A stretch of 61,687 nt of DNA, filler included. It is 6 parts of 6 records of this genome, joined end to end, with 100 filler letters (N's around TTAATTAATTAA, not from the genome) between each part and the next. Parts side by side here need not be neighbours in the genome. Positions count along the whole stretch, not along the records: positions 47,845 to 55,989 come from SRR31156797_14984; positions 56,090 to 61,687 come from SRR31156797_15006; 4 more parts are not named here. The stretch is one strand, 5' to 3'. Shown one piece after another: positions 49,606 to 59,043 of the stretch (its first letter is position 1; each line of letters opens with the position of its first letter). Below the pieces are notes generated by a model. That model was not told the DNA's origin, did not search any database, and was given only the letters and a program-made list of their open reading frames with translations. The translations under genes were made by a program, and so were the position numbers.

Positions 49606-51405
49606 GTGTTCAATAAAAAATTCAATATCTCTTTACTTTATGTTGAAGATGATATTCATACAAGAGAAGAGTTATCTTCTATTTTATCTTATCACATAGA
49701 TGATTTACATATTGCAGAAAATGGAGAAGAAGGCCTTAAGCTTTTTGAAGAGAAAAAACCTGATTTAATTTTAACAGATATTAAAATGCCACTTTTAGAT
49801 GGTATTGCAATGAGTAAAAAAATTAGGGAACTTGATTCTAATTCCAAAATTATTTTATTAACTGCTTTTAATGAACCTGACTACTTAGTTGAAGCTATAA
49901 AAATGCATATTGACTCATATATCACTAAACCTGTAAATATTCAAGAACTACTTGAAAATATTGAAAAACTAACAAAACACATTGAACTAAAAAAAGAAAA
50001 AGAGAATATTGGAAATCTTTTAGAAGAGTATAAAAAAACAGTTGACTTAAGTTCTATTGTTTCAAAAACCAATGCAAAAGGAGTTATCACTTTTGTAAAT
50101 GAACAATTTGAAACAATCTCTGGATACAAAAAAGAAGAGCTAATAGGAAAATCACACAATATCGTAAGGCATGAAGATACTCCAAGTGAAGTTTTCAAAG
50201 ATATGTGGAATACAATTAGAGTTTTAAAAAAGCCATGGCATGGAAAGATTAAAAACAAGAAAAAAGATGGTAGTCCTTATTATGTACAAACTGTTATAAA
50301 TCCTATTTTAGATATAGATGATAATATCATAGAGTTTATTGCTGTTCGTTCTGATATTACAGAATTAGAAGAGACAAAACTAAAATTAGAGCAAGAGTAC
50401 CAAAAGACTTCAATAAAATATAATGAGGCTTCATCACTATCAAGAATATACGAAGATGCATTTGACAAAAGTAGCATTATTCTTAGAGTTACAAGTGATA
50501 TGAAAATCAAATATATCAATGATATGTTTTGTGAACTAACAGGATACTCAAAAGATGAACTTATAGGAAAATCTTACTGGACTATTACGCACCCTCAAAC
50601 ACAAAAAGAGCTTTTAGAAAAAGCTTTTGTTTATGCAAAAGAGAATGGCGTATGGAAAGGTCAGTTAAAAGGTATCACAAAAGACAAAAAAGATATTCAC
50701 TATATTTCAACAATAGTTGCAATTAAAGATGTAAATAATAACCTACTAGAGTATCTTGGAATAAGACTTGATATTACAAAAGTAATTGAACTACATGAAG
50801 AACTAGAAGAGACTCAAAGAGAAGTAATTTATACAATGGGTGAAATTGGGGAAACAAGGTCAAAAGAGACTGGTTTTCATGTAAAACGTGTTGCAGAATA
50901 CTCAAAACTACTTGCTCTTAAATTTGGTTTATCAAAAGATGAAGCAGAGATTTTAAGACTTGCAAGTCCTATGCATGATATTGGAAAAGTTGGTATTCCT
51001 GATTCTATACTAAATAAACCAGGAAAACTTACAGCCCAAGAGTATGAGACAATGAAAGAACATGCTCAAATAGGTTATGAACTTCTTAAAAACTCTACAA
51101 GAGATATTTTAAAAGCTTCAGCTATTGTTGCTTATGAACACCATGAAAAATGGGATGGAAGTGGTTATCCTAGAGGTTTAAGTGGTGAAGATATTCATAT
51201 TTATGGAAGAATCACTGCTATTTGTGATGTTTTTGATGCCTTAGCTCACGAAAGACCTTATAAAAAAGCTTGGGAACTAGATAGAATTATTGCTCTATTT
51301 AAAGAAGAGAGAGCCAAACATTTTGACCCAATTTTAATTGATTTATTCTTAGAAAACTTGGATGAGTTTTTAGAAATTCAAAATGCTTACGAAGGAAGAG
51401 TTTAA
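49606..51405 (+). CDS. response regulator with REC, two PAS and HD-GYP domains (c-di-GMP phosphodiesterase candidate)
   Basis: LYVEDD..TDIKMP..KP; ETGFHVKRV, MHDIGK, HHEKWDGSGYP and RPYK motifs. Confidence 0.92.
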   Translation: MFNKKFNISLLYVEDDIHTREELSSILSYHIDDLHIAENGEEGLKLFEEKKPDLILTDIKMPLLDGIAMSKKIRELDSNSKIILLTAFNEPDYLVEAIKMHIDSYITKPVNIQELLENIEKLTKHIELKKEKENIGNLLEEYKKTVDLSSIVSKTNAKGVITFVNEQFETISGYKKEELIGKSHNIVRHEDTPSEVFKDMWNTIRVLKKPWHGKIKNKKKDGSPYYVQTVINPILDIDDNIIEFIAVRSDITELEETKLKLEQEYQKTSIKYNEASSLSRIYEDAFDKSSIILRVTSDMKIKYINDMFCELTGYSKDELIGKSYWTITHPQTQKELLEKAFVYAKENGVWKGQLKGITKDKKDIHYISTIVAIKDVNNNLLEYLGIRLDITKVIELHEELEETQREVIYTMGEIGETRSKETGFHVKRVAEYSKLLALKFGLSKDEAEILRLASPMHDIGKVGIPDSILNKPGKLTAQEYETMKEHAQIGYELLKNSTRDILKASAIVAYEHHEKWDGSGYPRGLSGEDIHIYGRITAICDVFDALAHERPYKKAWELDRIIALFKEERAKHFDPILIDLFLENLDEFLEIQNAYEGRV

Positions 51406-52379
51406 TAATACTTCCTTCTTTTTACTAAGTCTTTAGGTAACACACCAAAATGCTTAAAAAAAGCAGTTGAGAAGCTTTGCTGATATTTGTATCCAATTAT
51501 TTTTGAAACTTCTGAAATATTGTACTCTCCAGTACTTAGTAAAACTTTTGCTTTTTCCATCCTAGTTTTTAAAACTAAAGCCCCAGGAGTTGTATCAAAA
51601 AGCTCTTTAAAACCAAACTTTAATTTAAACTCATTTATTGCTACTTTTTTACAAAGCTGTTCTAAACTATAAAATTCATCTGCTTTTTCTATTAACTCTT
51701 TTGCTTTGTATAAAGCAAGCTTATCCTCATAATTTATTTTTGAACATCCACAATCACATAAATTATTATGCTCATTAACAATAGAGTTCAACTCTTCATA
51801 TATCAACTCAAAAACTTTACTTTGAATATACAGGTTATTTAATTCCCCTTCAAAAGGTGAGTTATATAGCTCTTTTGCAAGAGAAACAATCTTATAGTTT
51901 TGAAACTGTTTTTCAAAGGTTGTTGAAACATTGTTTCTATAGTTTTTAAATAACTCATCTGTGTTTTCAATTTTATTTAAAAAGTATTTCTCTAAAAATT
52001 CATCCCTTAAAATAAGGCATAGGCTATTATTTTTTGAGTTTTTATCAAAATCCAATACAGAATCATATTCATTTATATATTTAGTGATTATTCTATTTTC
52101 TTTTATATTCAAAGTTGTATTGTTACTTTTATCTAGATAGTTAAACTTTCCTCCTAAATTAACAACTATAGAAAGACCTGAGACAAAAGATCTAGAGCTC
52201 AATGTTAATTTTTCATTGAAACTAGTCTCTGTTTTAAACATAAGAATGTCTTTACTTACAATCTCTTTTTTACTTACGAAAGAACCAAGATTCTTAGGTA
52301 GCTTAAAATTTATTGTTTCGGAACTATTTGATTCAAGCATAAACTCATCAAAATTTTCAAGATTTACTTTATATGACAT
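51402..52379 (-). CDS. AraC family regulator, PchR/YbtA-like
   Basis: INEFKLKFGFKELF and ISEVSKIIGY...FSTAFFKHFG motifs; divergent from the TonB-dependent receptor. Confidence 0.9.
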   Translation of the reverse strand: MSYKVNLENFDEFMLESNSSETINFKLPKNLGSFVSKKEIVSKDILMFKTETSFNEKLTLSSRSFVSGLSIVVNLGGKFNYLDKSNNTTLNIKENRIITKYINEYDSVLDFDKNSKNNSLCLILRDEFLEKYFLNKIENTDELFKNYRNNVSTTFEKQFQNYKIVSLAKELYNSPFEGELNNLYIQSKVFELIYEELNSIVNEHNNLCDCGCSKINYEDKLALYKAKELIEKADEFYSLEQLCKKVAINEFKLKFGFKELFDTTPGALVLKTRMEKAKVLLSTGEYNISEVSKIIGYKYQQSFSTAFFKHFGVLPKDLVKRRKYY

Positions 52380-52380
52380 T

Positions 52381-52421
52381 AAAAAATACCTTTATATTAA
52401 AAAAAAATCCTTTTATATTAA
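52381..52421. promoter_or_regulatory. tandem direct repeat, candidate AraC-type operator
   Basis: AAAAAATACCTTTATATTAA followed by AAAAAAATCCTTTTATATTAA (about 21-nt period). Confidence 0.5.
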
Positions 52422-52437
52422 CTTTTGATTTGTTTTT

Positions 52438-52456
52438 AATTATGATTATCATTATA
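52438..52456. promoter_or_regulatory. Fur box
   Basis: Reverse complement TATAATGATAATCATAATT matches the 19-bp Fur consensus GATAATGATAATCATTATC at 16/19. Confidence 0.8.
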
Positions 52457-52502
52457 ATTCTATCATTTTAAAACATAATCCATAATAAGACAAGGAAAAA
52501 TT

Positions 52503-54602
52503 ATGATAAGAACAAAAAAGCTAGTATTTTTATCTTTAGTTTGTAGTACTTTACTATATGCAAACAATACTAAAAATACAAATGCAACAAATCTTGATAG
52601 TATTACAGTTACTGCAAATAAAGTAGAAGAAAATATCAAGGATGTTCCCCAAAGTATCACAGTAATTGATGGTACAGTAATTGAAGAAAAAGGGATTAAA
52701 AAAATCTCTGAAGTAATCAAGGAAATCCCAAATATGAATTTTCAAAACTCTACAAATGGAGGAATGAGTTCTTTTAGAGGGCTAAATACTTCAATGTTTA
52801 CAAATAACAATCCTGTAGTAATATATGTTGATGGGGTGCCATATTATGATAGAGTTGACTTTAATCCATCACTAGAAAATATTGAAAGAATTGAAGTATT
52901 AAGAGGTCCACAAGGTACACTATATGGTAAAGATGCAATTGGTGCTGTTATTAATATCATAACTAAAGCTCCAACAAATGAATGGAGCGGAAGTCTTCTA
53001 GCAGAGTATGGAAGTGACAACCTTTATAAAACTTCATTCAATACTAGTGGAGCTATTATTGAAAATAAACTTTTTGCAGGGATTAATGGTTCTTTTAAAA
53101 AAGAGGATGGTTGGATTACAAATAATTATTCAGGAATGGATGAAGATGCAAATAAAAAAAGTGATAGAAAAACAAGTGCTTTCTTACTTTTTGAACCAAA
53201 TGAAAAATTCTCTGCAAAAATAACTATGACAAATAATTATGAAAAAGACTATTTTATGGATGGTTTTAGTGCTGACCCGTCTATTGATATAAATAAACTA
53301 AAACGAGAAGATGCTGAAAATGTAAGCTTTGATGTTCCAGCTTACGAAAGAACAAAAGTAAAATCAGAGAATTTAAACCTAAGTTATGAGTTTGAGAAAA
53401 TGAGACTTGAATCAATAACAACACATAAAAGAGTTGATTTTGATGGAGAGTATGATACGGATAATTTTTCAAATACACCAAGTGATGGCTTAGGTCAGTT
53501 TAACTATACAGAACTAAAAACATGGACTCAAGAGTTAAGACTTTCTAGTAAAAATCAGGATATCAAATGGATTACTGGTTTATATTTTGATAAAGAAGAT
53601 AGATCGCAAGGTCCCTATGGAGCAGAACAACTATATATGGGAGGAGTTTTTACAGGGGATGCTAACTCTAAAGCAAACAGTAAGACACAAGCTATTTTTG
53701 GACAAACAATGATTCCTTTAGGTGAAGACTTTGAGTTAACTTTAGGAGGTCGATACCAAAAAATAAAAAAAGATATTGATGTAACAGCTAAATCTAGTTG
53801 GTCAGGTATGGCTAATCCTGATGTTAATTACAAGGATGAAAAGACTTGGAATACCTTCTTACCAAAGCTTGCATTAATGTATCACATAAACAATGATACT
53901 ACAAGTTATATCTCTGTTTCAAAAGGATATATGCCAGGAGGATTTAATTACTACCCTTCTAGTGATGATAGTTCTCAAAATAGCTTTGAAGCACAAAAAT
54001 CAACTAACTATGAAATCGGTTTAAAACACTTAGGTGAAGACTATGCTATCAACCTTGCAATTTTTAAAATGGATATAAAAGATATTCACGTTTACAAACA
54101 ACTTATGGGAGGAACTGTATTTGCTACTAGTAATGCAGAAAAAGCCCACTCACAAGGAATTGAGCTTGATGGTTCATACTATATCACAGACAACTTACAA
54201 TTATCAGCAGCCTTTGGTTTAATAAATGCAAAATACGATGAATATGATAATGGAACAAGAAACTATGATGGAGAAAGAATAGAAGGAACACCTAGATATA
54301 CAGCAAGTCTTGGTCTTGCATATATGCAAGAAAAAGGTCTGTATGGAAGACTTGATATTCATGCTCGAGGAAAAACAGCTTTTATTGATGGAGCAGATAA
54401 TGACAATTTAGTTGAAGCAGATGGTGGAATCACTTCTAATATAAAAGTTGGTTACAAAACAAAAAGCTTTGATGTATTTAGTTATATCAACAATATAACA
54501 GATGAAGATTATGTAAGCTCATATATGTCTAAACCAGGTACATCTTGGGTTGGATTTAATGAACCTAGAAGATTTGGAATCGGTATTAAATATAGTTTCT
54601 AA
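52503..54602 (+). CDS. TonB-dependent siderophore receptor, FyuA-like
   Basis: TonB box DSITVTA, plug ERIEVLRGPQGTLYG, C-terminal PRRFGIGIKYSF. Confidence 0.92.
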   Translation: MIRTKKLVFLSLVCSTLLYANNTKNTNATNLDSITVTANKVEENIKDVPQSITVIDGTVIEEKGIKKISEVIKEIPNMNFQNSTNGGMSSFRGLNTSMFTNNNPVVIYVDGVPYYDRVDFNPSLENIERIEVLRGPQGTLYGKDAIGAVINIITKAPTNEWSGSLLAEYGSDNLYKTSFNTSGAIIENKLFAGINGSFKKEDGWITNNYSGMDEDANKKSDRKTSAFLLFEPNEKFSAKITMTNNYEKDYFMDGFSADPSIDINKLKREDAENVSFDVPAYERTKVKSENLNLSYEFEKMRLESITTHKRVDFDGEYDTDNFSNTPSDGLGQFNYTELKTWTQELRLSSKNQDIKWITGLYFDKEDRSQGPYGAEQLYMGGVFTGDANSKANSKTQAIFGQTMIPLGEDFELTLGGRYQKIKKDIDVTAKSSWSGMANPDVNYKDEKTWNTFLPKLALMYHINNDTTSYISVSKGYMPGGFNYYPSSDDSSQNSFEAQKSTNYEIGLKHLGEDYAINLAIFKMDIKDIHVYKQLMGGTVFATSNAEKAHSQGIELDGSYYITDNLQLSAAFGLINAKYDEYDNGTRNYDGERIEGTPRYTASLGLAYMQEKGLYGRLDIHARGKTAFIDGADNDNLVEADGGITSNIKVGYKTKSFDVFSYINNITDEDYVSSYMSKPGTSWVGFNEPRRFGIGIKYSF

Positions 54603-54635
54603 TCAATACCTCCTATAAAAGTCATCCCACATAAC

Positions 54636-54669
54636 TAATAGATATTGATAGATTTATCAATATCTATTA
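54636..54669. repeat. perfect 15-bp inverted repeat, intergenic
   Basis: TAATAGATATTGATA-gatt-TATCAATATCTATTA. Confidence 0.9.
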
Positions 54670-54696
54670 AGCTCAAAACAATCTTAGGAATCAATA

Positions 54697-55989
54697 ATGA
54701 ATAAACAAACAAATAAAAAACATGGACTATGGGCTATTATGAAACCTGTAATGTTTGAGATACGTTTAGCAATGCTTTTAGCAGCAATTGGAAGCTTATC
54801 TTTAATTGCTACACTTATCATTTTATCTTTAACTTTAACAAATATTATGCAAGGCACTCCCCTAGAAATCTTTGATATAAAACTTGACCTTGTAAATACA
54901 ATTGTATTATTAGCAATAATGACAAGTATAGCTTTTGTATCAAGATTTTATGCTTTTGTAGTTTCTCACTTAGGAGCATTTAGATTAGAGCAAATTTTAC
55001 GTACTAAACTAGCTCAACATTTAGCAGAAGTTCCTTTGGGATATATTATTTCAAATGGTTCTGGAACACTAAAAAAAGTAATGCAAAATGATGTTAGAAG
55101 TTTACATACTTTTGTAGCGGACAGTGTTCCTATGATAGCAAAAAGTGTACTTGCTCCTATTACAACACTAATAGTTCTATTTATAATAGATTTTAGACTA
55201 GCCCTTGCTAGTATCTCTATTTTAATTCTTGGTTGGCTTGCTATGGCTTATGCTATGAGAGACTCAAAAGAGTTAAGGGAAAAGTATGACCAAAGCCAAA
55301 GTGATATCAATAAAGCAGTAATTGAGTTCGCACAAGCTATGCCAGTAGTAAGAACTTTTGATGATGGAACAAGTTCTTTCAAACGATATAATAACTCACT
55401 TCATGCATATAAAGAGAACTTAAATAATTGGATGAGAATAAGTGCAATTCCTGCAAAACTAGGAATGATAATCTTAAGTCCACTTCCTACCCTTTTAGCA
55501 GTTTTATTTACAGGAGTTATTCTTTTAAACGCTGGGTCATTAGAACTTTTTGCTTTAATTTCTGCACTTTTTTTAAGTACTGGTATGGCAGATGCCATGA
55601 TGCCTTTAATGTGGCTTCAAAACTTTATCAAAAAATCTCAAGCCTCAGCATTAAAGATTCAAGAAGTATTAGATATCCCTACTTTGCCTGTATCTAAAAA
55701 TGTACAAACTCCAACAAGTTTTGATTTAGAGTTTAAAGATGTATTCTTTAAATATGAAAATGTAGAAAAAAACTATGCTCTAAAAAATATAAACTTTAAA
55801 ATAGAAAGTGGAAGTGTCACAGCTTTAGTAGGTCCAAGTGGTGCAGGAAAAAGTACTATTGCAAAACTTATTCCTAGATTTTGGGATGTAAGTAAAGGAG
55901 AGATTTGTATAGGAGGAGTAAATATTAAAGATATAGAGCCACAAGTTTTAATGAATACTGTCTCTTTTGTATTTCAAGATACCTTTCTT
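54697..55989 (+). CDS. YbtP/IrtA-like ABC transporter, 5' part (continues at 7027-6505 on the minus strand)
   Basis: SHLGAFRLEQILR TM-domain motif, Walker A GPSGAGKS; ends VSFVFQDTFL at the linker. Confidence 0.92.
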
Positions 55990-56089
55990 NNNNNNNNNNN
56001 NNNNNNNNNNNNNNNNNNNNNNNNNNNNNNNNNTTAATTAATTAANNNNNNNNNNNNNNNNNNNNNNNNNNNNNNNNNNNNNNNNNNNN
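55990..56089. other. artificial contig linker
   Basis: 44 N + TTAATTAATTAA + 44 N. Confidence 0.99.
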
Positions 56090-56536
56090 TTCAGATACAT
56101 TTCCACCTAAAGTAGAGTATTCTTCACTTGCAGGGTCTGGCGGATAAAATAATCCTACCTCTTCAACTGCTTTTTGAAACTCCATATTTATGAGTCCCGG
56201 TTGAACAACACCAACCATATTTTCCATATCAATCTCAAGAAGTTTGTTCATGTGTCTTTCTAATGATAAGATAATCCCACCATTTGAAGGAAGGGCTCCA
56301 CCTGTGAAACCACTTCCCGCTCCTCTAGGAACTATAACAATTTTGTGTTCATTACAATATTTTAAGATTTTTGATATATCTTGTTCATCTCTTGGAAAAA
56401 CAACAGCATCTGGTTCAAATCTTTCTTTTGTTGCATCGTAACAATAAGCAATTTTATGTGCTTTGTCACTTTTAATATTTTCACTACCAACAATGGTTGT
56501 TAAGTAGTCTATATGCTCTTGAGCTAATTGTGCCAT
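56090..56536 (-). CDS. glcD: FAD-linked oxidase, glycolate oxidase GlcD-like, 5' part
   Basis: PRGAGSGFTGGA and FYPPDPAS...STLGGNV motifs. Confidence 0.85.
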
Positions 56537-57633
56537 TATTTAATGCCTAAAATAGTTTTATAATAGTTGCTATAAACTTCACCATTAAGTAAAGCTAAAT
56601 CATCTTTATTAAGAGTTCCATTATCTATTTCATCTTCTAAAATTCTTTGCTCTTCTGTTCTTTTATCATTTCCTAAAATTACATCTAAGAATGAGAACCA
56701 ATCTTCATAATCTAAAATAGAATCTAATAAATTTAACTCGATTTTTTCAATTCTTGTATAAAAAGGCATTTTTTTGTCTTCAATATAGTTATATGCAACG
56801 CTTTTACTATCTAAAATAGCAAAAGTTTTTGTATCAACAATAAAAACTCTTCCTTCAATTACTATAAAAATAGTTCCAAGGTTTTGACTTGTTGCGTATT
56901 CTTGAATCATTTGTTTAGAAGGATAAGGCATACCTTCTTCTTTAAGTTTTACTGCAAATAAATCTGAGTGTAAAAAGTTGTTATCTGTATATGCTTGTCT
57001 AACTGCTGTAAATGCATCTCTTGATGGTGCAATAATTAGTGAAGCATTATATAAATAGTTTACAATTGCATAATCCCCATTTTCAGGTTTTCTGTTTGTA
57101 GTTGGTAATGCATTTTGTTTTAAATCACTAAACGGAATAAACTTTATTGTTGAACTTGTAGAGTTTGATGAACTTACATAAGCACTTGAAACTATAAGAC
57201 TTTTGTTGTTTTCATAATTGTGTTGAATAATCGCACTTTGTCCAACTTTTAAGTTACCTACATTTATTTTAGCAGTTTTTTCTGTAACATCAGAAATTTT
57301 AATTGCAAAAGCTCTAAAGTCAAGTTTTAACTTTTCGTCTTGAATAAACTTACTGTTATCAACTTTTACAGGATTAGAGTCTGTTAAAACATAAAGATAA
57401 TTAAGTCCTGATGTCCCTTTTTCAATTTTTAAATCTTTTAAAAACCAACCTTGTTTTTTCATATCATTAAAAGATAATTCACCATTACACTCTCCACCAT
57501 CAAGTTTTTCAGTTTCTATTGTAGAAGGAGATGTCCAGTCTTTTTTAAAACAAATAGTTGTTTTAGCATTTAATCCTTGTGCTAATGCAGCTGTAGCAAG
57601 TAGAACAAATAGTTTGTTTGTTAATAGTTTCAT
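56536..57633 (-). CDS. plasminogen-binding protein PgbA N-terminal domain family protein
   Basis: LKQNALP, NYLYNASLIIAP and FLHSDLFA motifs; bcp-pgbA-glcD order is familiar from Campylobacterota. Confidence 0.7.
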   Translation of the reverse strand: MKLLTNKLFVLLATAALAQGLNAKTTICFKKDWTSPSTIETEKLDGGECNGELSFNDMKKQGWFLKDLKIEKGTSGLNYLYVLTDSNPVKVDNSKFIQDEKLKLDFRAFAIKISDVTEKTAKINVGNLKVGQSAIIQHNYENNKSLIVSSAYVSSSNSTSSTIKFIPFSDLKQNALPTTNRKPENGDYAIVNYLYNASLIIAPSRDAFTAVRQAYTDNNFLHSDLFAVKLKEEGMPYPSKQMIQEYATSQNLGTIFIVIEGRVFIVDTKTFAILDSKSVAYNYIEDKKMPFYTRIEKIELNLLDSILDYEDWFSFLDVILGNDKRTEEQRILEDEIDNGTLNKDDLALLNGEVYSNYYKTILGIK

Positions 57634-58139
57634 TATTTTCCTTGTAACTCTTGTAATTTTTCTTTTACTTCATTTGCGTGTAAAACTTCAATTTTTTCAC
57701 CTTTTACAGTTTTTTTCTTTCTTACACTCACTTTATTCCAAACTTCAGCAATCTTTCCTTCAGGGTTAATTATAAATGTTGTTCTAACTACACCCATAGA
57801 TTCTCTACCCATAAACTTTTTAAGTTGCCAAACTCCATAATCTTCACACATTTTTTTATCAGGGTCAGCTAAAAGAGTAATTGATAGATTGTGTTTTTCT
57901 ATAAACTTTCTATGTTTTGCAGTATCATCTGGACTAACTCCTAATATAACTGCATCTAAATTATCAAATTCAGGTTCAGCAGCAGTAAAATCACAAGCCT
58001 CATTTGTACAACCAGGAGTTAAATCTCTAGGATAAAAATAAAGTACAATCCATTTTCCTAAAAGATCTCTTGAACATATTTCTATATCATCTTGGTTTGA
58101 AGCACAAAAACTTGGTGCTGTTTGTCCAACTTCTAACAT
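57633..58139 (-). CDS. bcp: thioredoxin-dependent peroxiredoxin BCP
   Basis: YFYPRDLTPGCTNEACDF. Confidence 0.93.
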   Translation of the reverse strand: MLEVGQTAPSFCASNQDDIEICSRDLLGKWIVLYFYPRDLTPGCTNEACDFTAAEPEFDNLDAVILGVSPDDTAKHRKFIEKHNLSITLLADPDKKMCEDYGVWQLKKFMGRESMGVVRTTFIINPEGKIAEVWNKVSVRKKKTVKGEKIEVLHANEVKEKLQELQGK

Positions 58140-58175
58140 ATAATTCCTTTCTTTTTGATTCCCAAAAGGGAGTTA

Positions 58176-58886
58176 CTATTTTTTTATTGCAATAAAAGTA
58201 GCAAAGTTAACCCACTTAAAAAGTGTTTCACAATGAGAAAACCCTGCATCTAAAATCATTTTTTTATTTTCATCCTCAGTATAAGGTATAAGAACATTTT
58301 CTAAAGCTTCTCTTTTCTGAGCAATCTCAAATTCACTATAACCTTGAGTTTTTTTAAATTCGTAGTACTCATCAATATATTGTTTATCTAATATTTTATC
58401 TGATGAGATTACTTTTTCACTGAAAATAAAAATTCCCTCTTTTTGTAGGCTATTATAGATTTTTTTTACTAATTTTTCTCTTTGAAGTGGTCGTATAAAT
58501 TGCAAAGTGTAATTTGAAATAACCATTTTTGCATCATCATAAGAGATGTTATGTAAATCATCATTTATAAGTTTAATATCAACTCCAAATGCTTTACACT
58601 TTTTTTGTGCACGAGCTAGCATAGCTTCAGAGTTATCAATTCCAATTAGTTCTAATGGAAAACTAGAATGTTTTGAAAGCTCAATCAGTGTTGAAGCCGT
58701 TGAACATCCTAAATCATAAACTTTATCGTTTTTTGTTAAGAATTTTAATCCAAATTCGATAGTTAGTCTTTGCATCTCTTTATAAAATGGCACTGACCTA
58801 TTTAACATATCATCAAATACTGATGCTACATCCTCATCAAATTCAAATTGTTTTGTTATTGCTTTTTCAAATACCTTATCTGTCAT
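58176..58886 (-). CDS. cmoA: carboxy-S-adenosyl-L-methionine synthase
   Basis: [35 protein letters not shown] and KREALENVL motifs. Confidence 0.95.
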   Translation of the reverse strand: MTDKVFEKAITKQFEFDEDVASVFDDMLNRSVPFYKEMQRLTIEFGLKFLTKNDKVYDLGCSTASTLIELSKHSSFPLELIGIDNSEAMLARAQKKCKAFGVDIKLINDDLHNISYDDAKMVISNYTLQFIRPLQREKLVKKIYNSLQKEGIFIFSEKVISSDKILDKQYIDEYYEFKKTQGYSEFEIAQKREALENVLIPYTEDENKKMILDAGFSHCETLFKWVNFATFIAIKK

Positions 58887-59043
58887 AAGAGATATTTTAT
58901 CTAAATGATTATTAATAACAATTTACAATAATGAAATATTTTATTTGATGAAATACCACTTTAATCCAAAAGTTTACAAAGTTTATATTATTTGACTTAA
59001 ATTATAAATTTATTTTAGATAGAATATCTATTATGGGAGCAAT

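Noticed and set aside
7028-56089. Recurrent TTAATTAATTAA palindrome as a biological repeat or CRISPR
   Set aside because: It is always centred in identical N-runs and is a six-frame-stop scaffolding linker. I found no repeat-spacer array anywhere in the window.
57660-57735. Basic insertion RKKKTVKGEKIEVLH near the BCP C-terminus
   Set aside because: A short loop variation in an otherwise standard peroxiredoxin; nothing in the sequence supports a special function
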